NCBI GenBank assembly: GCA_018054915.1
Contig: JAGPIR010000001.1
Location: 1 to 32,762 of the forward strand
Direction: 5' to 3'
Source of the DNA: Brachymonas sp.
GTDB lineage: Bacteria; Pseudomonadota; Gammaproteobacteria; Burkholderiales; Burkholderiaceae_C
DNA: 32,762 nt
The translations under genes were made by a program, and so were the position numbers. Below, in pieces: positions 25,815 through 32,762 of this stretch. How positions within the stretch are numbered: the first letter of the stretch is position 1; each line of letters opens with the position of its first letter. The notes below the pieces were generated by a model. The model was not told the origin of the DNA. It saw only the letters and a list, made by a program, of their open reading frames with translations, and searched no databases.

Positions 25815-27673
25815 CAGATTTCATCGTTGAACAGATTACTGGCTGGCGGTCTGCTGGCAGCAGCATGCGATGCATTGCTGCGACTATGAAAACGCCTGCC
25901 CTGGTCGTAGGGAAAAACGTCCAAAACTTCGCCGCGCTGGATGCGCTTCTTGTGCGTGAGCCAGAAATCGGGCTCCAGTAAATCACCATGATGCTGCATG
26001 AACACTTCCCGCACGAACGCATTACCCAACAGGAACGGTCCGAAGGTTTCCGGGAAAACGTCCCTGGGACCGACGCTGTACCAAACCTCGCCACTGAATT
26101 CATCTTCTTCATTGCGTGGGGGAGGAACCTTGCGGAAATTGCAGTCGGTGATGTACTCGATTTCATCGTAATCGTAAAAAACGACTTTGCCTTGACGGGT
26201 GATGCCGAAATTCTTCCAGAGCATGTCGCCCGGAAAGATATTGGCAGCCACCAGATCCTTGATGGCATTGCCATATTCGATCACTGCATGCTCGATCTGT
26301 TTGCGAGCCCGGGGGTTATCCAATCCCAGATCAAAGGCTTCCTGCAGGTAGATGTTAAGCGGAATCATCCGTCGCTCGATGTACAGATGCTTGATCACCA
26401 CCTCTTGAACGCCATCACCGTTGCGGTCCGAAATTTCAATCTGACTGGGCGCATATTTCTTGATTTCCTCGAGCAATTCGGGCTCGAAACGCTCCAGCGG
26501 AAAGGCCACTTCACGGTATTCCATCGTGTCTGCCATGCGCCCGACGCGGTCGTGCTGGCGCACCAGTTGGTATTTGGCCCGTATCTGCTCGCGTGTGGTG
26601 TCCTTCTGGGGCGGATAAAAATCCTTGATCAGCTTGAACACATAGGGAAATGAAGGCAAGTCAAACACCAGCATTACCATGCCCTTGATGCCCGGGGCGA
26701 TGCGCAACTTGTCGTAACTGTGCCGCAAATGAAAGAGGAAATCCCGGAAAAACAATGTTTTGCCCTGCTTGGCCAGCCCCAGGGCGTTGTAGATTTCCGC
26801 GCGTGGCTTGCGCGGCATCAAGCTACGCAGGAATTGCACATAAGCTGACGGAATTTCCATGTCCACCAGAAAATACGCCCGCGCAAAACTGAACAGCGCC
26901 TGCAAGTCGGCTTCGCCCTGCAGTACGGCATCGATATATATTTCGCCCTTGCTGTTGAACAGCAAAGGCAGCGCAAACGGGGTCTCGCGGAAACTGTTGA
27001 TGATCTTGCCAACCACATAGGCGGCCTTGTTCCGGTAGAACAGGCTGGAGAGCACCTGCACCTGAAAATTGGCGCGCAAGCGGCTTTCCCCGATCTGTTG
27101 CCGCAAGACCTGCACCACCCGATCGAGGTCTCGCTCAAAATCGGCAAACTTCACCCGCAGTCCGTAGTCCTCGATCATGGCTGCGAACATTGCATTCAGA
27201 TTGGCCGAACTTGGATAGTACGAACGATAGGATGTCTGAACATCTTGTCGGATCTCGATGTATTCCGTACTGATGGCAGGCCGTACAAAAATAAAATCGT
27301 TGTAGTAATAGTGGCGGTGAAGAATCGAGGTGGTCACCGAATTGAAAAAAGTTTCGGCCAGTTCCGGCTGCAAATGATCGACCAGCAGACCGATATAAAA
27401 CAATTTGGCCTGATGCCACACCTCCATCGGCAGGCTGCCTGCCTGGAATTCGCGCTCCAGCCTGCGCTCGCATTCGCGCACGCGCAGGTCATAAAACTCG
27501 ATGCGCTCCCGCTGCCCATGTTGCTGCCCATGCCAGTCCTGGGTTTCAAAACGATGCTTGGCGCGGGCCGATTCGGCACGGAATAAACGATAGTGCCGAT
27601 CAAACCCTTCCATCATCGCTTTGGCGATGTCATAGGCTTTCGGGGCGTCAAAGGCCCTGGTGGAATAAGGCAT
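25814..27673 (-). CDS. aceK: Isocitrate dehydrogenase kinase/phosphatase
   Basis: ELAETFFNSV, FYRNKAAY, APGIKGMVMLVF, HDRVGRMADT, NIFPGDMLWKNFG and VFYDYDEI motifs. Confidence 0.97.
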   Translation of the reverse strand: MPYSTRAFDAPKAYDIAKAMMEGFDRHYRLFRAESARAKHRFETQDWHGQQHGQRERIEFYDLRVRECERRLEREFQAGSLPMEVWHQAKLFYIGLLVDHLQPELAETFFNSVTTSILHRHYYYNDFIFVRPAISTEYIEIRQDVQTSYRSYYPSSANLNAMFAAMIEDYGLRVKFADFERDLDRVVQVLRQQIGESRLRANFQVQVLSSLFYRNKAAYVVGKIINSFRETPFALPLLFNSKGEIYIDAVLQGEADLQALFSFARAYFLVDMEIPSAYVQFLRSLMPRKPRAEIYNALGLAKQGKTLFFRDFLFHLRHSYDKLRIAPGIKGMVMLVFDLPSFPYVFKLIKDFYPPQKDTTREQIRAKYQLVRQHDRVGRMADTMEYREVAFPLERFEPELLEEIKKYAPSQIEISDRNGDGVQEVVIKHLYIERRMIPLNIYLQEAFDLGLDNPRARKQIEHAVIEYGNAIKDLVAANIFPGDMLWKNFGITRQGKVVFYDYDEIEYITDCNFRKVPPPRNEEDEFSGEVWYSVGPRDVFPETFGPFLLGNAFVREVFMQHHGDLLEPDFWLTHKKRIQRGEVLDVFPYDQGRRFHSRSNASHAAASRPPASNLFNDEI

Positions 27674-27705
27674 GGTGTTGGATGAATGCGTGTTTAACCA
27701 TTTGC

Positions 27706-27711
27706 ATTATG
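27706..27711 (-). promoter_or_regulatory. Candidate -10 box (CATAAT) for aceK-ychJ-HAD
   Basis: CATAAT on the minus strand 32 nt upstream of the aceK ATG. Confidence 0.4.
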
Positions 27712-27764
27712 AAGGCAGGAGGCACACCTCCGTTCGTTCGAACACACGCAAAAATACAGGCCTG

Positions 27765-28523
27765 CTAGCCACGCTGTCGCACCGCTTCGTACAGGCAAAC
27801 GCCACTGGCGACAGAAACGTTGAGACTTTCCACACCGCCACGCATGGGAATGGAAACCAGCGCATCGCAGGTTTTGCGCGTCAGCTGACGCATGCCCTGT
27901 CCTTCAGCGCCCAAAACCAGCGCCAGCGGCCCGCGAAGGTCAGCCTGGTAGATGGTCTGAGGAGCATCGCCGCTGGTGCCAATCACCCAGATATTACGTT
28001 CCTTAAGCTCATTCAAGGTGCGGGCCAAATTGGTGACCATAAAATACGGCATGGTTTCGGCGGCTCCGCTGGCCACTTTGGCCACCGTGGCATTGATGCC
28101 CGCCGCGTGATCCTTGGGTGCAATGACGGCATGCACCCCTGCCCCGTCAGCCACCCGCAGGCAGGCGCCCAGATTGTGCGGATCGGTAATGCCATCGAGT
28201 ACCAAAAGCAGCGGCGGCTCCTGCAGCGTATCGAGCAGATCATCCAAGGAATGCGTGCGCGGCTGCGCCGTCACACGGGCGACCACCCCCTGGTGATTGG
28301 CGTTGCCAGCCAGGCGTGAGAGGCGCAGGCTATCGGCTTCCGTCAGGCGCACCCCGGCTTCTTGCGCGCGTTGCAGAAACTGGCGCATGCGTGCATCACG
28401 CCGAGTGGGGTCAAACCAGACTTCCTGTATCGCCAACGGGGCAGTCTTGAGATGCACGCCTACGGCATGAAAACCATAAACCATGCGTTGAGCAGCAGAT
28501 GAGGGGTGTCGAGAATCAGGCAT
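27765..28523 (-). CDS. rlmB: 23S rRNA (G2251-2'-O)-methyltransferase
   Basis: YGFHAV, HQGVVA, LDGITDPHNLGACLR, KVASGAAE and ESLNVSVASGVCLYE motifs. Confidence 0.95.
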   Translation of the reverse strand: MPDSRHPSSAAQRMVYGFHAVGVHLKTAPLAIQEVWFDPTRRDARMRQFLQRAQEAGVRLTEADSLRLSRLAGNANHQGVVARVTAQPRTHSLDDLLDTLQEPPLLLVLDGITDPHNLGACLRVADGAGVHAVIAPKDHAAGINATVAKVASGAAETMPYFMVTNLARTLNELKERNIWVIGTSGDAPQTIYQADLRGPLALVLGAEGQGMRQLTRKTCDALVSIPMRGGVESLNVSVASGVCLYEAVRQRG

Positions 28524-28531
28524 GGAGAGTG

Positions 28532-28537
28532 ATTATG
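28532..28537 (-). promoter_or_regulatory. Candidate -10 box (CATAAT) for rlmB
   Basis: CATAAT 8 nt before the ATG, with no SD in between. Confidence 0.5.
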
Positions 28538-28695
28538 CCGCCACCTGCCTGTTGATTCCTGGTGTTTGCAGGGGCCGTCTACAATTTCTACACCAGATGC
28601 GATGCCCCAAAGATGCTGTCACGCAGCCATTGCATGCTTTGGTATGCGTACCACCCCCATGTATCAATTGGTATTTCTGTTCACTCTAAACCTAG

Positions 28696-30813
<2,118 letters not shown>

Positions 30814-30850
30814 ACCTGTACAACCCAGCCTGGCAATCCGCTCACTTGAT

Positions 30851-31285
30851 TTAACGGGCAATTAGCACAGGTACTTTTGACAGTGACAGAACCTTGCCGG
30901 CCACACTGCCCAGAATGAACCTTTCAATGCCCGTGCGGCCATGCGAGCCTAGCACCAGAAGATCGCCCCCTTGTTGCTCTGCGAGCGTGGTGATGGCGGT
31001 AGCGACATCATCCCCTTCAATCACGCTTTTTTCAAGCTGTACACCAGCCTGTTTGGCTTTTTGCTCCAGTTCGCCTGTCACTTTCAACGAAGTGGCGTGT
31101 GCAGCGTTCATGTAAGCTTGAAAGGCTTCGCCGCTGTCTTCTCCCAACGACATGTAAGGATAGGGATCGATCACAAATGCTGCAGTGATTTTGGCGCCAT
31201 GCACGCGGGCCAGGTCAATCGCAGTCTGGCTGGCCTTGGCTGCACTGGGTGAGCCATCAGTAGCAAGAATAATATGCTTGAACAT
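30851..31285 (-). CDS. Universal stress protein (ATP-binding type)
   Basis: [12 protein letters not shown] start and [22 protein letters not shown] motif; GGAG SD. Confidence 0.95.
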   Translation of the reverse strand: MFKHIILATDGSPSAAKASQTAIDLARVHGAKITAAFVIDPYPYMSLGEDSGEAFQAYMNAAHATSLKVTGELEQKAKQAGVQLEKSVIEGDDVATAITTLAEQQGGDLLVLGSHGRTGIERFILGSVAGKVLSLSKVPVLIAR

Positions 31286-31758
31286 TTTTTCTCCCTTCCT
31301 TGAATTGTGTTTAGCGCGAAAAACAAAAACTACACACCGCGCATTGTTATTTTAGGGTTTATATGGAGAAATGCAAGGATGCGCCGACTCAATTCGGCAT
31401 CGAATATTGCGTCCTGCAAGAGTGATTTTTGCACTTTTGAACTACTTTTCTTTAATCTATCGCCCAGATGCTGACGTGCCTTGCCAATTTATGCAATGTA
31501 TGCAAGCATAAGAGAATAGTTGGATGGTCATCGTCGACCCGGCGCAAGGTGGATCAATGCTGCTGGCCCCGAAAAGACAGGTTCGGTGAATAGCATCAAC
31601 GCATGTTTTCTTTGCATGCGGCCACCAGGTAAAACCGTACGAAACAACGGTATTGCATGTCACATGCCGTCGAGACCTTTTTCCCAGCTTGGAATCACCG
31701 GCTCGCAACAAGGCGAAATGACAGGCCCAATCGCCCGCTCTCCCCATCAATACTGAAC

Positions 31759-32762
31759 ATGAATACTGAAATCGAACTGTGCCTGTGTGTTCTTCCCAAG
31801 CAGCAAGGAGCTTTGATCAAACAGATATCTGTGCTGTTTCCTGCGGCTTCTCGGCCCGAAGAACAGGAGTTATACGGCATTTATTACGATACGCCTGCAT
31901 TGGATTTGGCCAGGCATCGCATGGGGTTGCGCCTGCGTAAACAGGATGGATATTGGGTCCAAGCAGTCAAACTTGGACGGCCGGGAGAAGGTGCGCTCCA
32001 CACCCGGCTCGAATTCGAACATGCCACGAAAAACCAGGCGCTAGAACTGCATCGCATCAGCCACCCTTCCACCCGGGACTTCCTGACAAGCCCGAAAATT
32101 GCGCCACTATTGCAGCCCGTGTTTGCCACACGTATCCTCCGGACGCTCTGGCAGATTCCATACAAAAAAGACGGCCTGGTGGAGCTGGCCCTGGATATCG
32201 GGGTGGTGGAATGCCAAGGAAACTCCCTTGTGGTCAGTGAAATCGAATGTGAACTCAAGTCAGGACCGATCGAAGCGGTATTTGCTGTCGCGCAAACACT
32301 TGCAGAACATTTTGCACTGTTTCCTCAACTGCGCAGCAAGGCGGAGCGCGGGTACCGCCTCTTTACACGGACCGCTGCAACACCAGAGGAGGCACGCATC
32401 CCGGAATTGCACGCCAGCATGTCCCCCTGGCGGGCCCGGCAGACCGTGATGCTGGAATGTCTGCGGCACTTAGAGTACAACCTGATGGAAATCGGCCACG
32501 GGGATGACGTGGAATTTGTGCACCAAGCGCGAGTTGCCATCCGCCGCATGCGCTCGGCAGACAGAACGTTTTCACGTCTGCCAACCGACGCACACTGGGG
32601 CAGGATCATGAAGGATTTGCAGGCACTGGGCCGCATGCTTGGTCAGATTCGGGACTGCGACGTTCTGCTCCATGACTCACTGACAGTGGCCAAGCAATCC
32701 TTTCCCTCCGAAAAAAGGGCATGGTCTGTAATAAGGAGCAGATTATTGTCCCGGCGCGGACA
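31759..32762 (+). CDS. CYTH + CHAD domain protein (YgiF-like triphosphatase), truncated by the window end
   Basis: Translated by hand and open to the end: MNTEIEL, YYDTP, LRLR, ELALDIG, EIECELKSG, SKAERGY, then CHAD motif VHQARVAIRRMRS and LGQIRD. Confidence 0.92.
   Translation, partial: MNTEIELCLCVLPKQQGALIKQISVLFPAASRPEEQELYGIYYDTPALDLARHRMGLRLRKQDGYWVQAVKLGRPGEGALHTRLEFEHATKNQALELHRISHPSTRDFLTSPKIAPLLQPVFATRILRTLWQIPYKKDGLVELALDIGVVECQGNSLVVSEIECELKSGPIEAVFAVAQTLAEHFALFPQLRSKAERGYRLFTRTAATPEEARIPELHASMSPWRARQTVMLECLRHLEYNLMEIGHGDDVEFVHQARVAIRRMRSADRTFSRLPTDAHWGRIMKDLQALGRMLGQIRDCDVLLHDSLTVAKQSFPSEKRAWSVIRSRLLSRRG

Noticed and set aside
415-28319. Many long antisense ORFs (e.g. 4108..5064, 12343..13554, 16211..17170, 23358..24281)
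   Set aside because: They are shadows of well-conserved genes in GC-rich coding DNA, with no recognisable motifs.
31627-31670. c-di-GMP-I-like stem (GGTAAAACCGTACGAAACAACGGT)
   Set aside because: It lacks the following GACGCAAAGC junction and the second stem.

Overview
Core-genome window of a betaproteobacterium; gene content and protein sequences look Comamonadaceae/Burkholderiales-like (inference). The minus strand carries the conserved rpsB-tsf-pyrH-frr-uppS-cdsA-dxr-rseP-bamA-skp-lpxD-fabZ-lpxA-lpxB-rnhB-TrmH-family cluster, then carA and two uncharacterised genes. The right half holds nnr, yciB-bolA-PpiC-type PPIase, a small membrane protein, hemA-prfA, aceK-ychJ-HAD, rlmB, ligA, a USP gene and a CYTH+CHAD gene that runs off the window end and is absent from the ORF track. 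I see no mobile element, CRISPR array, tRNA or rRNA. The best candidate for an unannotated system is at hemA-prfA. hemA ends in UAG (read only by RF1), the frame stays open for 64 more codons, and it ends in a UGA overlapping the start of the SD-less prfA (ATGA). This is the layout expected for RF1 feedback control by amber read-through and translational coupling. Other leads are structured leaders before lpxD and carA, a CxxCH motif in BolA, a Lys-to-Cys change in the CYTH signature, recurrent Arg-to-Cys changes, and the absence of prmC after prfA. All calls come from motif recognition by eye; no searches were run.
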